A model generated the notes under the pieces. It had not been told where the DNA came from, did no database searches, and saw only the letters and a list, made by a program, of their open reading frames with translations. A stretch of 64,000 nucleotides of DNA from Chrysomallon squamiferum (taxonomy: Eukaryota; Animalia; Mollusca), in NCBI GenBank assembly GCA_012295275.1, contig CM022675.1, positions 7,006,001-7,070,000 of the forward strand, written 5' to 3'. The translations under genes and the position numbers were made by a program. Position 1 is the stretch's first letter, and every line of letters starts with the position of its first letter. Shown piece by piece: positions 13,376-29,300 of the stretch.

Positions 13376-15435
13376 AAATTACTGCTTCATTTTGTTAAAC
13401 CTTGATTTGGGATGGGGATATGTGGGCGAGAAAGAGAGTATATAGTAACATTAAATATATTTTACAATTGCTGCTACATACATAGCAATGTTTAAATTAG
13501 ATCTATTTTCTTACCAGCAGAACCTGCTTTAGTCTTGTTCTGTTAAATGTGTTTTATTACTGGAAAAACTTGATTTAACCTTTTTTTTTTTATTTACATT
13601 ATACATGTAAATATTGTGTGTTTTCTCACTAGGGAACCTTTTTTTTTCCTTCTTCTTCTTTTAACCTAGTTTCATACATACATACATGAATGTTATTATA
13701 AGCAGACATTTGTATTAAACATGTTTTATCACTGGGAGAACTTGCTTTAATCTTGTTTCCTACATACCTGTCTGTTAAATAAATATATATACGACGTCTA
13801 TTAAACAAGAAGTGTTTTATCTCTTGGGGGGAGAACTTGTCTCAAACTTGTTTTATGTAAATGTGTGAGTATGTATGTGTGCATACAGACACATGACCCA
13901 TAGCGACATGGCCAGTCATGTATGGAAAACAAAATAAATATCTATTCATGGCAGATTTTATTGGCATAGTTGGTTCGGTGGTCTTCCTTTGGGGCAGGAT
14001 CATATTTAACCCTGTTATCTATGTCTATCCCATCTTTGCTCATTATTCTTGCCTAGTCAGGGAAATGGGACAATGATTTTGAAGACTGGCTTATTATATT
14101 TGTTGTAGTCAGATTTTAGGTAAGATGCGTGCTTCTTCTATCAGACTGCATAGATAAGCAGAAAAAAAGAGAAGGAAATTTTTTTTTTAATATTCATAAA
14201 GGTTTATTATAAAAGTTGTTACTGATGCTTAAGAATAAGAAAAGACATAATTTAATTATGAGGGGTTTTTTTTTTTTTTTTTTTTTAAAAATTATTTTTA
14301 TTTTATTTTATTTTATTTTATTTTATTTTATTTTATTTTATTTTATTTATTTTATTTATTTTTAATATATTCATAAAGGTTTATTATGCAACATGAGATA
14401 CTTGTGAACAAGAATGGAAAGGAAGATCTTTTTTCAAAAAAGGTTCTACAAAAAAAAAAAGAGGTTTTTGTTAAGGAATGTAAATAAATATTGTATAAAC
14501 TGAGAACATTTCTAACACATTGTAAAGGAAAGAAAATACAAACTGCAGTGATTTTTAACTAAATCAAAAGAATATATATGTCAATGTATGCATGTATGCA
14601 TTTCTCTATAAAATATAATATTTTTCACAAGTTTTTTTTATCTTTTTATTTGTAACTCACAGCAATCTGGATAGTTATGTATGTTTTTGGCATATGCACA
14701 GATGCAGAAATATTCATAGTGAATATTTAATGTTTATTCTAATCTTTTTTATACCAATTTTTTCATGTAAAGCTCATTTTCTATAATCAGTGATAAAATC
14801 AATGCAGTACTTTATACATATGTATGTGTATCTGTGTGTATAATTATAATTATAACAAATATAAATGTATGAGTACTAATGCTTTATGAATGACACAGGT
14901 ACTTGTATAAGCAATGTGTAAAATATTATCACACCACTGACATACAAACGTCATGTGTTAGACACATGTCAGACAGATCAGTTTTGCTGGACAATGTTAT
15001 TAAGTATTCTTCTGTTTTAAACAGATCAAGTATTTATATCCGACTGTCAGATTCAAACAGATTCCTGAAAACCCATGTGTTGTGTGTGTGTGTGTGTATA
15101 CACTCTTGTTTTGAACCTACATCTGTCTGTTTTGTGTGTATGTGTGAATGAACCTTCAATTCATATTCATTTAAATGTAATTAGTGTTGGGTCTAATTAA
15201 TGTAGCAGTTTTTATTGAATAATACAAATCACTAACCTTTCATTAACCCATCATGGCTATTCGTGTTTTGTATGACTATCTATATATGGTTTATGTAATT
15301 TGGTTCTTTTATAAACATAATTTTCTGATAGATAAATAACTATTTATAGCCAGTAAAAATGTATAAATAAGCATACAAAGCAAAGACGTATTCTTTATTA
15401 TATGGCAAATTTAATCGGTATAAATTTTTTCTGTT

Positions 15436-15491
<56 letters not shown>

Positions 15492-15652
15492 TGTACACAG
15501 ATAATATATATAACAAAGAATTTTATATATATATATATATAATTTTTTTTTTTTTTTTGCTCCTGCTTTTCACACACAAACAAACAGTAACAAACTTGGT
15601 TATTCATTTCTTCAGATTCACATACTTTTTAATTCAGTTAATAAACTTTACA

Positions 15653-15701
<49 letters not shown>

Positions 15702-16037
15702 ACTCTCTCTCTCACTCACTCACTCATTCACTCACACCTCACACTAAGTACACAGAGAAGTATAAACGTCCTGTAAATAAACTGACCAGGAATTATGTGA
15801 GGAATGTCTTACATCAGAAATTGGTTTCATTGACCCCAATCACCGCAAGACTTAACTGTAACATCCAGATTCTATCTCTCTGCCCTGAATTTAATCAGAA
15901 ATCTCACAGTATTCACTTCCAACCATTAAATGTTTGTTAGTGGTTAAATAATATTCATAGAGACAGATAAAGACAGAAGAAAGGGAAAGAATATAATGTA
16001 TGCGTGGAAACAGAAATTGTATGTATGTACTCACATA

Positions 16038-16091
<54 letters not shown>

Positions 16092-17074
16092 CATGCATAC
16101 TGAAATACATAATAAAAAAAAGACACATATAATATACAGATACATACATACATAAATATGTCTATGGGATGGTACATAAAACACATTTCTTACTGCTACT
16201 TCTGAATACTAGCAGGTTACTTATCTAATATTAACATGTGAAAGCCATATTTTTGATAGTTATATCCAATAATATAAAAATGTTGAGATGTCAAATAAAT
16301 ATGCAGTATATTTAAAATAATAATAATAATTTAAAAAAAACGAAAACACCTATACTTTTTATTAATAACAAAAACAGATAAACTCATATTTACATATTCA
16401 TTCAGCCATATCATTAATAATACTAGCTTGTTGATCAAGATGGTCTTTCTTTTTCTTTTTTTTACCTTATCTCTGTTTTCCATTGGCTTATTATTGAAAG
16501 TATGATTACATCTGAGCACATCTCAAAATCTAATCTGAGAATGGAAAAAAAAAAAAAAAAAAAAAAACCCCAAAACTGTTCACAGAGAGATCAATACACA
16601 AAGTAGGGAACTCACCACGCAATCAAATGACCAGATCTAAAAATAGCTCAGTGTGTAATAGTGTAGCTGTTACGATGCAGTGAACACTCTGGATGCAACA
16701 GGAGAGCCATGACGTTGGCTTATGTATTGTAGCAGCAGAATGTTCCTCTCAATCAACCAGGATTGTTGTACCTGACCACAGAGCTCAAAGGGTTAAAGGA
16801 TTGGTGATCTTGATAGAGAGACGATCCGCCTGTTTGGCATTCTAACATTTTGTTTGTCTTGAGGCTGGAATGTACATCAGTGTATGTGTCTGTGTGTGTG
16901 TATATATGTATATGTACATGTGTGTGACCAAGCTGGTCTTTTACTAGCCACAGGGACAGAGCAGTTCAGTGAATTCATGTCGAGTTCTTTTTGTTAGTTC
17001 CATACATTTATACAGTTTAAAAGATTTTTTTTCCCAAGGATTTTTGAAAAAGTATTTTGTGACACAGTCCGACG

Positions 17075-17096
17075 ATGAATTTGCTACATTCAAAAG
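17075..17096 (+). CDS. Candidate alternative first coding exon of DLGAP (MNLLHSK)
   Basis: acgATG, 22 nt, consensus donor AAG|GTGAGT in phase 1; complex promoter-like sequence with TCAGT motifs upstream (about 16600-17000). Confidence 0.45.
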
Positions 17097-18099
17097 GTGA
17101 GTGGTTGCCGTGGTGGATGTTGTCAGATTTGTTTTTGATTGTTTTGATTAGTGAATGTTGTTGATAATGTTTATGTTTTCTTTATAGATCTGTTTTATAT
17201 TATCAGAAACACATGAAAACAAAACGTATGCACACAGACTTATATTCAAGTAAAAACGTAGAATTATACATTTAGGTTACTACATTATTGATTATTATGT
17301 CTGGCATGAGACAGGTTTTTTTTTCTTTCTTTGATGTCTTTCATAATACATGTATGTTATCTTTGTTTTTAATATACATCACAATCTTTACATTTACAAA
17401 TAGAAAAACACTTCTATTTTATCTTTTTCACACAAGCACTAACTTACAGACATCCACACCCTGTACATAAAGCTGACTTTTATTCTGGAACCAAGTCACA
17501 TTTAAACTGACAATAAAGCATGAGAAATGACAAGCTAACCTTTCCCATAGTAAAAATAAATTTAAAATATATATATAAATATTTTTATTATAATGATATT
17601 ATCAGTTTACGAATAACTTGTGATATATATTTTTTTCTTCTTCTTCTTCTTAAGTCTGAATTATTCTGCACATTATCCTTTCTCACAATCTAACTTATAC
17701 TCCACAATATATTTTCTTACAATGTAAATTATTCCTGAAAAGCCTAATACTAATATCATAATGTTTAAACTTTTTACTAATCGTGATGTTTTTTTTAAAA
17801 AATAACACCATACTGAGTGCATCTGAGTTATATATATCTATATCTGAATGTTTGGCTGTCTGACATATGCTACAGTAATTGATGTGAACTCAATAATTTT
17901 TCTGAAATAAGGCTTTCTGCAGTTCAGCTAATGGTAAAATCAATTGTTTCCATAAACAGGTGTATCTCAAAAGACTCATTTCCTTGTGAGTTGGGTCACT
18001 AAGATAGTGTGAATCATGAATAGAGTTAAAATATTGCTGAATTAGATCTGATGAAGAAAAGTAAAGAAAAAAATAGTGGTATGAATGTAATGACTTAGT

Positions 18100-18560
18100 A
18101 GAGATGGTGGTAAGAGTAATAGGGGTTGGGTGGTGGTTGTAGTAGTTGTAGTATGAGTAGTAGCAGTGGTAATGCTAGTTGTGATAACAGGAGTAGTAGT
18201 AGTAGTATGAATAGATTACAGAAGCAGTAGTTTGTAATGGTGGTTGTGATAACAGTAGTAGTGATAGTATAAGTAGTAGCAGTAGCAATGGTAGTTGTGT
18301 TAGTAGTAGTAGTAGATGTTGTTGTAGTATAAGTAGTTGCAGTGGTTATAATGGTGGTTGTGGTAGTAATGGTAACAGTAGTATAAGAAGCAGTTTTAGC
18401 TAATAATGGTGGGTTTGATGGTGGTGACAGTGGTTATGGCAGTGGAGGCAATAGTAGTAGTAGTAGTAATTTGTTGTAGTAGTAGTTACATAGTAGTTGT
18501 AGCCATAGTAATAATAGTACTTGTGGTAGTGATGGTGTTGGTAGTTTTAGAAATAGTATA
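18100..18560. repeat. Degenerate (GTA/GTG/GCA)n low-complexity tract
   Basis: Seen directly. Confidence 0.85.
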
Positions 18561-21285
18561 ATAATGATTAATTATGTGCTCTTAATTCATGCAGAAACAG
18601 GTTTCTTCTCACCTGTGTGCTTTTTCAATTGTGTGAATGACACCATTTAATCAGATTTTAAAAAGAATTAGAATATCTCAAAAAACAAAAAAAAACTAAA
18701 TTGTTTTCTTTTTTATTTTATTTTCTTTTTTCTTTTTTTTCCCCCTCATTCTTTTCTCATAATCTGCGTGGTTCTTAAAATTACAAAATACCATGCAATT
18801 ATGTTTTAAAATGTTGAGAATACCACATAAAGATTCCTTCTTTTTTTCCTTGTAATTTGAAAAAGAATACATTATTTGCTTTAAACTTTGAAAAAAAAGC
18901 AAAAAAAGAAAGACAAACTGATTTATTTAGGTTAACTGATATTTCTCTTAGATATATTAATAAAAAAGCATATTTTATAAATACATTTTTTTTATGCATT
19001 TTAAACCAAAAATAAAGTAAAAAGTAAAAATATGAAAAAGATTTCCTCTTGTAACTTCATGAAAAGAAACAAAACAATTTTCATTACAACCTTCAGACTC
19101 AGTTTTAGAGTCTTTGAATTTTCGTTCTCCAAATTCCACAGACTTTTAGGTAAATTTGTCTTCTCCGCAATATAATAATAGCCTCTTTGTTGTGGGATAA
19201 TCTAATCTGTATGTGCTGCATGCAAAGTTTTTCTACTTGTACAACATCGTCCTACATGTCTGCGTCATTGCTTCAACTGCTACATTCAACAAGACCAGCT
19301 AAACATGGGCACTGGTTAAATTATACAAATTCTTGTAAATATTTAAAATAATTCCATGCCAATATTTTTTGTTCTCACACTTGCACAAGGTCAAAGTGTT
19401 GAATTTTTTTGTTTTTTTTTTCTAAAGTGTCAAAAGGTTTAGAGATTAATTGTTGAAAGTGTCTGGGCTATTTTTTATAGTGACTGGTTTCATTCAGTTT
19501 GTTTATAATTGAGTTTTTTAATTTCATATTCACAATGTTTGCAGTAAATTAAAATAGTATTTAAAATAATATAGTTTAGTCGTTTTAAATTCAATTTTAA
19601 ATTGTTTTTCTATTGTTTTTTATTATCATTATTATAACTATTTGTGTGTTTGTGTTTCTGTCTGTTTTATTTATGAATTTATTTTTGTAAATTTAAAAAA
19701 AAAAATTTTTTCTGTTTTTCTAAATTTGTTACCATTTTTCTTTTCTTTCATTAATGTTTCAAAAATAGTTTTTTTTTCTAAAAATAATTACAAGTTTTGA
19801 ATTGCCTGCAACTTAATTAATATTATCAATATTATTTTTTTATTTATTTTGAAACCATTTTCCGTTTATTTAAAAAAATTAAATAATCAGCTTATCTATG
19901 TGTTACAATTTGTTTGGGGAGAGCTTTTTTTTTTAATTTAATTTAATTTAATTTAATTTTATTATTTTGGATCTCAGTTACTGTTATTTCATATATACTA
20001 CTATTTTATTATTGCTATTATTAGTGTATAAGATTATTTTATTTTCAATTTTATTTTTAACTTTCCTAAATAAATTCAGTCGTTTTTCTTCATTACTCTA
20101 CCATTCTCATTTTATCTTCAGCTTCCACATTATTATTATTATTATTATTATTATCATTACCAATATTACTGTTATTCCATCTAATAACAGCTAATCAAAT
20201 TAGTGGCTTGACCTAATAAGCACGTCCACATAAACAACAGGGCTATGTTTTCCCATTTCATTTGATAATTGTTGTTGCTGAATTCTGTCGTACATAAATC
20301 AGATAGGATTTCAATTCACAGAGGACCATCTTGCACCTAATATAATAATGAATATTCACGTATTTTTCAAAGTGGTACAGTAATAATACAGTGACGATAA
20401 AATATCTAGACAGCCTCCTGATGTTAGTAATATTATAAAATGGCTGCAGAACTTGTTGACTGCAGCTTTTCAATCTCTGGTTATTTATTAATCGTGATGA
20501 AATAAATAAAAGAAGGAAAACATGAAATACTTGCCTATGTAAAATATATACATATATGTACTTACTGACATGCATGCATGCTTACAAAAGCAACTATGCA
20601 TACAAATGGAAATATGGCTCATGTACACATTCACACAAGTACATAAAATATATGACTTTAAAAGGTTTGTAATTTACAGGGCTGAGTTTTTGTTTATTAT
20701 ATTTTGAATAAATATTTGTTTTTGAATCTAGTATAGAACAATGTTGTAAATAATGTAATTAATTTAGATTAATTCTGTTTTATTTTATTTTGGTATATAT
20801 ACAAGAGAAAATATGTTGATATCATTAATATTAATTATATTTAATTATACTGAGAAGGCAATGAGCTTGAGCTGTTTAGTTTTATCTCTTTTTTATTTAT
20901 TTATTTATTTTTTTAAACTGTAGTAACTACTTCAAAATATGCTAAGATACTTTTGTGAGCAATATTTTTGTGTTCTGATAAATGTTTGATATATCGTTTT
21001 AATTATTACTACTACTACTGTTATTACTGATACTGTTGTTTGTTTATTTTATTTTTTTATTTTTTATTTTTTTATTCTTTTTTTTCTGTTTACATAGTCT
21101 AAATTGCTTTGCTTCTGGTCTTACGGAAATTGGTTAAAACTAGTTTCCTGTCTAGTACTTTGTAACTAGGTAACTGCTAGTGTGAACAGGCAACATCAAG
21201 TGCTTAATATAGATTTATTATCAGCTTGTAGATTAAATAACACTTTAACAAGTAATTTGTGATTATTACAAGTTTACACATTAAT

Positions 21286-21321
<36 letters not shown>

Positions 21322-21639
21322 TGATAATAATTGTATAATTAAGTTATAATATTTAAATATTTTAAACAAACTTCATATTTGATTGGAATAAACAAATGGT
21401 TACATTATTTCATTTTGTTAAAATGCAATTACTAATATTGATATATAATCTCCTCCAAACACATATTTATTGTATGTAATACTTGACCATCCCTTCCCTT
21501 TTATGTGCATTTATTTTATTGAAAACACTAAATATATAATCTTCAGATTAAACTGTTATCAAAGCATTAACATTTCTAATATTACAGAATAATAAACACT
21601 TCCCTATATAATTATTATTACTATTTATATATATATATT

Positions 21640-22440
21640 TCTTAACTCGTTCTTCTGTATATGTTTAGGATAGAGAAACAAATTATTCCATCAAATAACT
21701 ATTAACTTATATATAAAATATCCAGTCATGTAAAATGTGCTGAACTAGCCAATGAATTAGTTGTAATCAGATTTGTAGGTATTGTTTAATTTGTTTTTTT
21801 ATTTGTTAATCTGTACTTCCATATGTTTTTAAGACAGATAAACAAACTATGGCTATCAAATATAACTATTAAATTACATAATTCAACTTCGACTCTCTAT
21901 AAAAAAATAACGCTTAAATGTCTAAACTATCCATTGAATTCATTATAATCAGTATTTTTTAATTTGTTACCTTATTCTTCCATATATTTTATGAGTTAAA
22001 CAAAATATACCATCAAATAAAACTATTAAATTACATAATACAACTTCCACTCATAAAAATAATAATGTTTACATGTCCTTAACGAACCACTGATTTCATT
22101 ATAATCAGTATTTTATCAATCAGTTTTTAATTTGTTACCTTATTCTTCTATATTATATTTTAGGATTGTTAAATGAAATATACTAACAAATAACTACGAA
22201 CTCGTACATACAACTACCAGTCATATAAAATATGGCTTGAGTGTCCTGAATGAACCAGTGAATTCATTATAATCAATGTTTTGAGTTACGGGGTTTTTTT
22301 TTTTCTAATTTATCTATTAACCCATACACTTCCATTTTTTTTTTTATACTATCAAGTAACTATTATGTTTTATGTGTATACTACACCCACTCCTGTAATA
22401 ATACATAAAATAAAGCTTAAATGTCAATGAAATAGCTGGT
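21640..22440. repeat. Highly degenerate tandem repeat
   Basis: Recurrent catcaaataactattaa and gaattcattataatcagt motifs at roughly regular spacing. Confidence 0.6.
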
Positions 22441-22532
22441 GAAATGCATTACAATCGTTATAATAGGTCAGCCACGCTGTTTGTCACCGGTATTGTATTC
22501 TCTGATCATGGTCTGGAGTGCAGAAACCTATC

Positions 22533-22573
<41 letters not shown>

Positions 22574-23261
22574 ATCTAGTGAACGTAGATAAACTGCTGA
22601 AGGTTGATACGTTCAGTGGGACACATGATAAACTCACGTAGGTATTTGTACCTATCCGAGTGTGAAGTGTGTCATTTCAGGGAAATTCAGTCAGTGACAT
22701 TTATGGGTTTGGTAGTCCGGGCATTTTATTTTTTTACTTCAGTTCTGCCAAGTTTTCTGATGTTCAACCTGTATGTGAGTGAACACTGACTAATACAAAA
22801 TTTGTGGAGGACATTGTGGATGTTGTGTTGTTGTTTTTTTTTACAGGATATATAGTCTGGATAAAATTGTCACAGGATAGAGTCTGGGTAAAACTGGATG
22901 AAATTGTATAGGATATAGTGTGAATAAAACTGGACAAAATTCATACGGGATAGTGTGGAAAAAAATTGTACAGGACATAGTGATCAGAAAAATAATTTAA
23001 AAAAATCTTAGGATATATCTGTGTGTGTGTATTGGTAAATTATTAAGTGTTTGGTTTTTAAAGTTTGTTCTACAATGATGAAGGAAATTGTGAGTCTGGA
23101 GTGTGGAAAATGTAAGTATTTTTTGTATATTTTTATTATTTATTATTTTTGTTTGTATATTTTTAAAACTCTTTAAAATTGTTATATTACTGCAAGATGT
23201 CATATAAGTTAGAAATCAGAAAAAAAAAAAAAACAAAAAACCCCTAATTTTTCCATTCTTT

Positions 23262-23330
23262 ATTATTATTATTATTATTATTACTATTACTATTATAATT
23301 ACTACTACTGCTACTACCAGTACTACTACA

Positions 23331-23374
<44 letters not shown>

Positions 23375-23400
23375 TACTACTACTACTATTATTATTATTG
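23262..23400. repeat. (ATT)n/(ACT)n microsatellite
   Basis: Seen directly. Confidence 0.95.
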
Positions 23401-24074
23401 AGATAATTGATTTCACATTTATTCATTCTTTTATTTATCAGGAATAATTTTCACTCTTAAGATGTTAAGTCAATTTGGCTTGTGGAGAAAAACTTTTCTA
23501 ACATAAAGTAATTAACTCTGCTGTCTAGACTTAGATTTATATTTAGAACAAAATGTCAGCTTTAATTTGATTTGAGTGGTGATGATGTGAAGTTTGACTT
23601 GTAGTCCATAACATACTATCAGGTGTGGACAGAAACACACACACACAGACACAATCATGCACACACTAGTTTTGAAGAAATATTTTATATATGAAATTAA
23701 AATGAAATATGTAAAAATAATGTTTTTTTTAAAAAGATTAAAAATTAATATTCTACATTTTATCATATACTTTATTATTTGATGGTTATAAATATGTTTC
23801 TCTATTGTCTATATATTTTTTTAAATATTTTTATATACCAGTTTTCATATTTTAAATATATTTCATTGAATATTTTATTGTTGATTTAAAAAAAAAATTT
23901 AAATGTTTAAAAATTAATATTCTGCATTATATTGTATACTTTATAAGTTTATTGGCTTTAAATATGGCTATTTTTTTGTGTGTATATTATTTGAATATTA
24001 GAAAAAATGAAATACACAATATTTGTATTAAAGCACTGAATCATTTTCAATGTATAATGTCAAAAAATTGATAT

Positions 24075-24110
<36 letters not shown>

Positions 24111-24249
24111 TAGTTATTCTAGAGAAATTAAATTTACAACCTATGTATAATATAATATAGTTATATATAAGTATATATTCATGCATACATACATAAAAGA
24201 GTAAATATAAATTTAAAAATGATTAAGCCTATAATGTACAAAACTGTTA

Positions 24250-24284
24250 CTTAAATATTGAGTCATTTTCAAGGTGTGTTATTT

Positions 24285-24331
<47 letters not shown>

Positions 24332-24562
24332 AAAAAACAACCCCACTACGTATTATAAAATCATGCTGATTATGGAGTTTCCCTGTCACCACAGAATTCT
24401 TATCACACACATTAATGATTATGCATGTAATACACAAAACTATTACTTAAATATCGAGTCATTTTCAAGGTGTGTTATTTGCACACAAAAATAGAAACTA
24501 CATTTTTTAAAATCATGCTGATTATGGAGTTTCCCTGTCACCACAGAATTCTTATCATACAC
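24250..24562. repeat. Local direct duplication (two copies; first copy carries a (CA)n expansion)
   Basis: gagtcattttcaaggtgtgttatttgcacaca and aatcatgctgattatggagtttccctgtcaccacagaattcttatca each occur twice. Confidence 0.9.
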
Positions 24563-24975
24563 GTCATCTGTCCTCACCACTCTGTTTACTAGTCTGTCCC
24601 TTTAGTGAGTCATCCATTGATTAAAACTAGTCATGTCCTAGTCAGTGCAAAGCCTGCACAGGCTGAGTCAATACAGCTGCACTCTAAAGACCCGTGTAAC
24701 TGTAATAGTAGAGATGAATTGATATTTATTCAACGTCAGTCAACACATTTTGTTGTTATTGTTATGTGTTTGATGTGATGGGAAGGTGGTGGTTTTATAT
24801 TTTAATTTTTATATATATATATATATTTGTTTATTTATTTATTATTTTAATTATATGGGTTTATTATTGTTGTTGTTTTTATTTTTATTTTAGTAGTGGT
24901 TGCTGCAGTATTTGTTATAATATGTTGGGTTTTTTTAACGTTTTTTGTTATCTTTTTTTTTTTTTTTTAATCTTT

Positions 24976-25012
<37 letters not shown>

Positions 25013-25303
25013 ATCCAGGCATGCACTTGTATATTCACACACTAACACATAGAAACAATAAAGGGAGAGGACAGAAGGGAAAGAGAAAACAAATACACTG
25101 TCAAAGAATATACCAAGAGGACTAATTTTTTTCATATTATTTACTAAATTTAGCTGCATTTCTAACATGGTGAATGAAAGACATACAAATGGATTATGAA
25201 AGAGTGAGAAAAAAGACAGTGTTTATATAAAATTATAAAATCTAAATGTGTGTGTTTATGGGTTCATGAGTACAAGTTTGTCCCTAGATGCATTAATTTG
25301 TAG

Positions 25304-25347
<44 letters not shown>

Positions 25348-26846
25348 AAAAAAAAATGTAATTTTATTATATAAAAGGAGATGGAAAGAATTTTTTCACA
25401 AAGTATATAAAAATATGATCATTATTTTATTTTATTTATTTGTTATTTAAATTAAGTAAATTTTCAAAACATAATACAATAAGATCAGTATAATCACAAG
25501 ATTAATGTTATTTTTTTTTTAATTTGATTTAGTCTTACATAAACACACTGCACAAAATTCATCATTTTAACAAACCTCTGTAACATTCATTTATCATCAG
25601 TTTTAATAATATTTTCAAACGGCACAAATAAAGAACAAAAACATGAAGAAAAAAAAAAAAAAAGAAAACAACACAAACCTTTTCTTTGTTTTCCCTTCGT
25701 AAAACGCCCTGCAGGGAAAAATTGTTCTTATGCAACCAGTTCTATTTATAAAAGAAATTTGAATCTTCAACAAAAGTGATTTTAATTTATTCCGGTCTCC
25801 AAGGACTTAATTACTGGCAAACTTTGATTTCTTTGAATAATCGCAGTGGACAGGATGGCAAGGACGTGTGTTATGTAACGATGTTGGGTGGCGGTTGATG
25901 ATGTCATCATATCAGTGTAGTTTTCTTTGAGATAATTAATTTTGTTTTAAGCTGGCTCGATTTCAGAACATTTCCAGATGTGTTCATGCATATAGAACTG
26001 TTCTGACATCATTTATGTTAGTAAGGTTAATTTTAAAACTTAAATAATTGTTATTATTTTTGTTTCATACACTGTGGTAAGTTTGTAGAACTGGCGTCAT
26101 TTCATTGTTTTTTTTTTTTCTTTTGTTCGTGTTATTTTCTGTATTATTATGTCGTTGTTGGGTTTTTTTTTTCTATTATTATTGTTATTGTTAATTGTTA
26201 TTGTTGTTGTTCTCTATTTTACTTCATATAATTTAAAATTTGATTGCTTTTTATATTATCTATATTTATTTATTTTTTAAATTTATTTTTATATTATTTT
26301 ATTGCCATCTCTTCTTCATCATAAATTCTTATTTGTTGTTGTTAATTTTAATTATATTTAATTTCTTCTTCATATTATTATTATTATTTATTTTTAATTT
26401 TAATATTTTTTTCTATATTATTAATTTTGTTTTTAATTTTAATTTATAATTATTATATTATTATTATTATTATTATTATCATGATTACTCTGCATGTTTA
26501 TATCTTATAAAAACTGATACATTTTTAAGTAGAAGGATGAGTCATATTAACATGATATAATGTAGCTAATCGTTTTTACATTTATCTATGTTTAACTTGG
26601 CAGCTGTAGTAATCCTGAACTGCTGTGTACATTGTGTGAAAAAAGCTTATGAATTATATATGAATCTTCATCACGATTCTGATATTTAACACCCAGCACT
26701 GGAAACAGTGTATATATTGGGTGTCATTTAAACATTTTCTCTTTTCCTCTCCTTTTTTTTTTCTGCCAATAGTATTAATATTTAGTTTTTTTCTTTTGTT
26801 TTTATTTTTCCCTTTCTCTCCCTCTCTGTCTGTCTGTCTGTCTGTC

Positions 26847-26919
<73 letters not shown>

Positions 26920-28559
26920 ATCTGTCTTTCTGGGTTTTCATCTTTTAACTTACCATTCTTTCTGTCTTATTTTTGATGTGTGTGTATAGATACACATACA
27001 CACACATACTGTTTCATTAGTAATCATGAATGTCTTTTAAAAGTCAAGGTTTGCATAAAAAATACTTTTGTAATATATACGTAAAATTTTGTTTGACAGT
27101 ATCTGAGTAAATTATCCATAGATAATAGTTCAAATAAATGTTACCCGTCTCTGCATTTGTGTGTCTGTATGTAAGTCTAGTACATACAACAATTGCATCA
27201 GTATGTCTATCACTATCAGTATCTGTTTCTGTATCTTTCTGTCTGTGTGTATGTATGTCTCTATCTGTTTCTGTGTTTGTGAAATCTATATTTGTTTCTG
27301 TGCATCTGTGTCTGTCTGTCTGTCTGTATCTGTTTGTGTCTGACTGTGGAGAGAAATAAGGTACATGTAAGAATGTATGAGTGTTATGTAAACTGCCAGT
27401 CCAAAGCATGTCCTGTTCACACAGGCTGTTACTTTCACTTGTCTCTCTACAAGGGTTTGTGTCAAAAGTTCAAAATGTTAACTACATATATATATTAGGT
27501 TATAACACAGTATGACATAATTATGTGCATTAATATACTGAGTGTATTTTAAAAATGTAATTACGTGTGCTTTTTTCTTGCTCTTTTTTTTTTTTTTTTA
27601 CTCATTGTTTCTTTTTCTTTTTTTTTTTTTTTTTTTTTTTTTTTCAATTAAAGAAATGATAGCTGTAAAATATGTAACAATTTAAATACAAAATACTAAA
27701 TTTGTTATTATAAATTAGTAGTAGTAGTAGTAGTAGTACTATTGCTGCTGCTGTTGTTATACTGCTAAATTATTCTATCAGTTACTTTCATCTGACATAT
27801 TCAATTTTTTTTTTTTTTTTTTTTTAATTTTATAATATTATTAAATTAAAATTTAATTTACTTTACTTCAATAGTTATTTTCACTTTTTGTATACAAGTA
27901 TTATAAGCATTAAAAAAATAGTAGAATAAAAAAAAAAATAGAGAATACAAAAATATCTAAAAATTATGTATTTGAAAACTCTATTACATAACATATTTTT
28001 TAAGTTAATCTATATAACAGACAGATAATATTATTCATGTCTGAAACCTGAAAACCATTTTGTATAATGAATGTGGAAAATAAAAACAGCAGTTTTGTCA
28101 ATGGTGACATTTTATAATATATCTGATATTTATGCCATAACTAAAACTTTTATGCATATATATTTGTTCATGAGTGCATGTGTGTGTGTGTGTGTGTGTG
28201 TCTGTTTTATAAACTTAACTACATTAATGAGATATTGGCAGTCATTAGCCAGAAATTTTTCAAAAACTGACACCCAGTATGAAAACAATGTGTGACATGG
28301 ACAAACTTTTGAAATGTCCCAGCAGTAATTACTTTTCTGTATGTGTATGAGGAAAAGAAAAATGCTGAGATTTCCTAACCTTTATCCTGTGTGACTACCC
28401 ATCCTAGAATAGCAGCTGCAGGCTACACATGTAGAACAGTTTATCACCCTGCTTTTAGTCACTTCTTGTACTTACAGTACTTGACTGGTGTGTGACAGTT
28501 TTATGTGACAAAAAAAAAAAAAAAAAAAGAAGAAAATCTGAAAAAAAAGTTTGAGCTTC

Positions 28560-29300
28560 TAAAACATACAAGTTTTTATATATTTCTACATGTATTGGTA
28601 AGTTGATCTTACGTTTTGTAAAAGATTCAGTTGTGTAGATGGGTTTTGTATTGTTTAAACTTAAGAATTGTTAGTGATTTCTTGTACATATACATTTGTG
28701 TTAGTCATAGAAACTCACAGAAATGTGAAATTCAAAAACATACAAGTTTTTATATATTTCTACATGTATTGGTAAGTTGATCTTTTAACATACATATATA
28801 CTGATAAGCTAACACTACCCTATTGTAAAAATCAGATTTTTGCCTTTGTTTTTATATTGTTTTAGATTAAAATTGTTAGTGTGTTCTTGTACATATATAC
28901 ATCTGTATGAGAATTGTAGAAACTCATATATAGACGTCTGTGATTCTAAAACATATAAATTTTTATATGAAAATATTAATATAATGGTAATTTGACAGTA
29001 TGTTTTGTAAAGATTCAATTTTTTTGACTGGTTTTTATATTGTTTTAACATAAAATTATATTGGCTTCTAAAACTAAAATGATTCATGTGTTTTTTGTAT
29101 ATACTTTTGTGAGGTTAAAGATACAGAAATTTGTAATTTTAAAACATACAAGTTTTTACATATTGATAAACTGACAGTATGTTTTGTAAAGATCTAACAT
29201 AGTGTTGGTATTTATATCATTTTAACTTAAAATCTCAAGTGTTCAGGTAAATACTTGAGCAACAGCCATAGAAACTCAAGAGATACATAAACTCCTGCTG
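28560..29300. repeat. Degenerate tandem repeat, about 180-200 bp unit, about 4 copies
   Basis: aaaacatacaagtttttatat... recurs near 28561, 28735, 28948 and 29141. Confidence 0.8.

Noticed and set aside
28590-28780. Repeated TTG|GTAAGT donors as alternative first exons
   Set aside because: They are part of a degenerate tandem repeat and the nearby ATG gives phase 2, incompatible with exon 2
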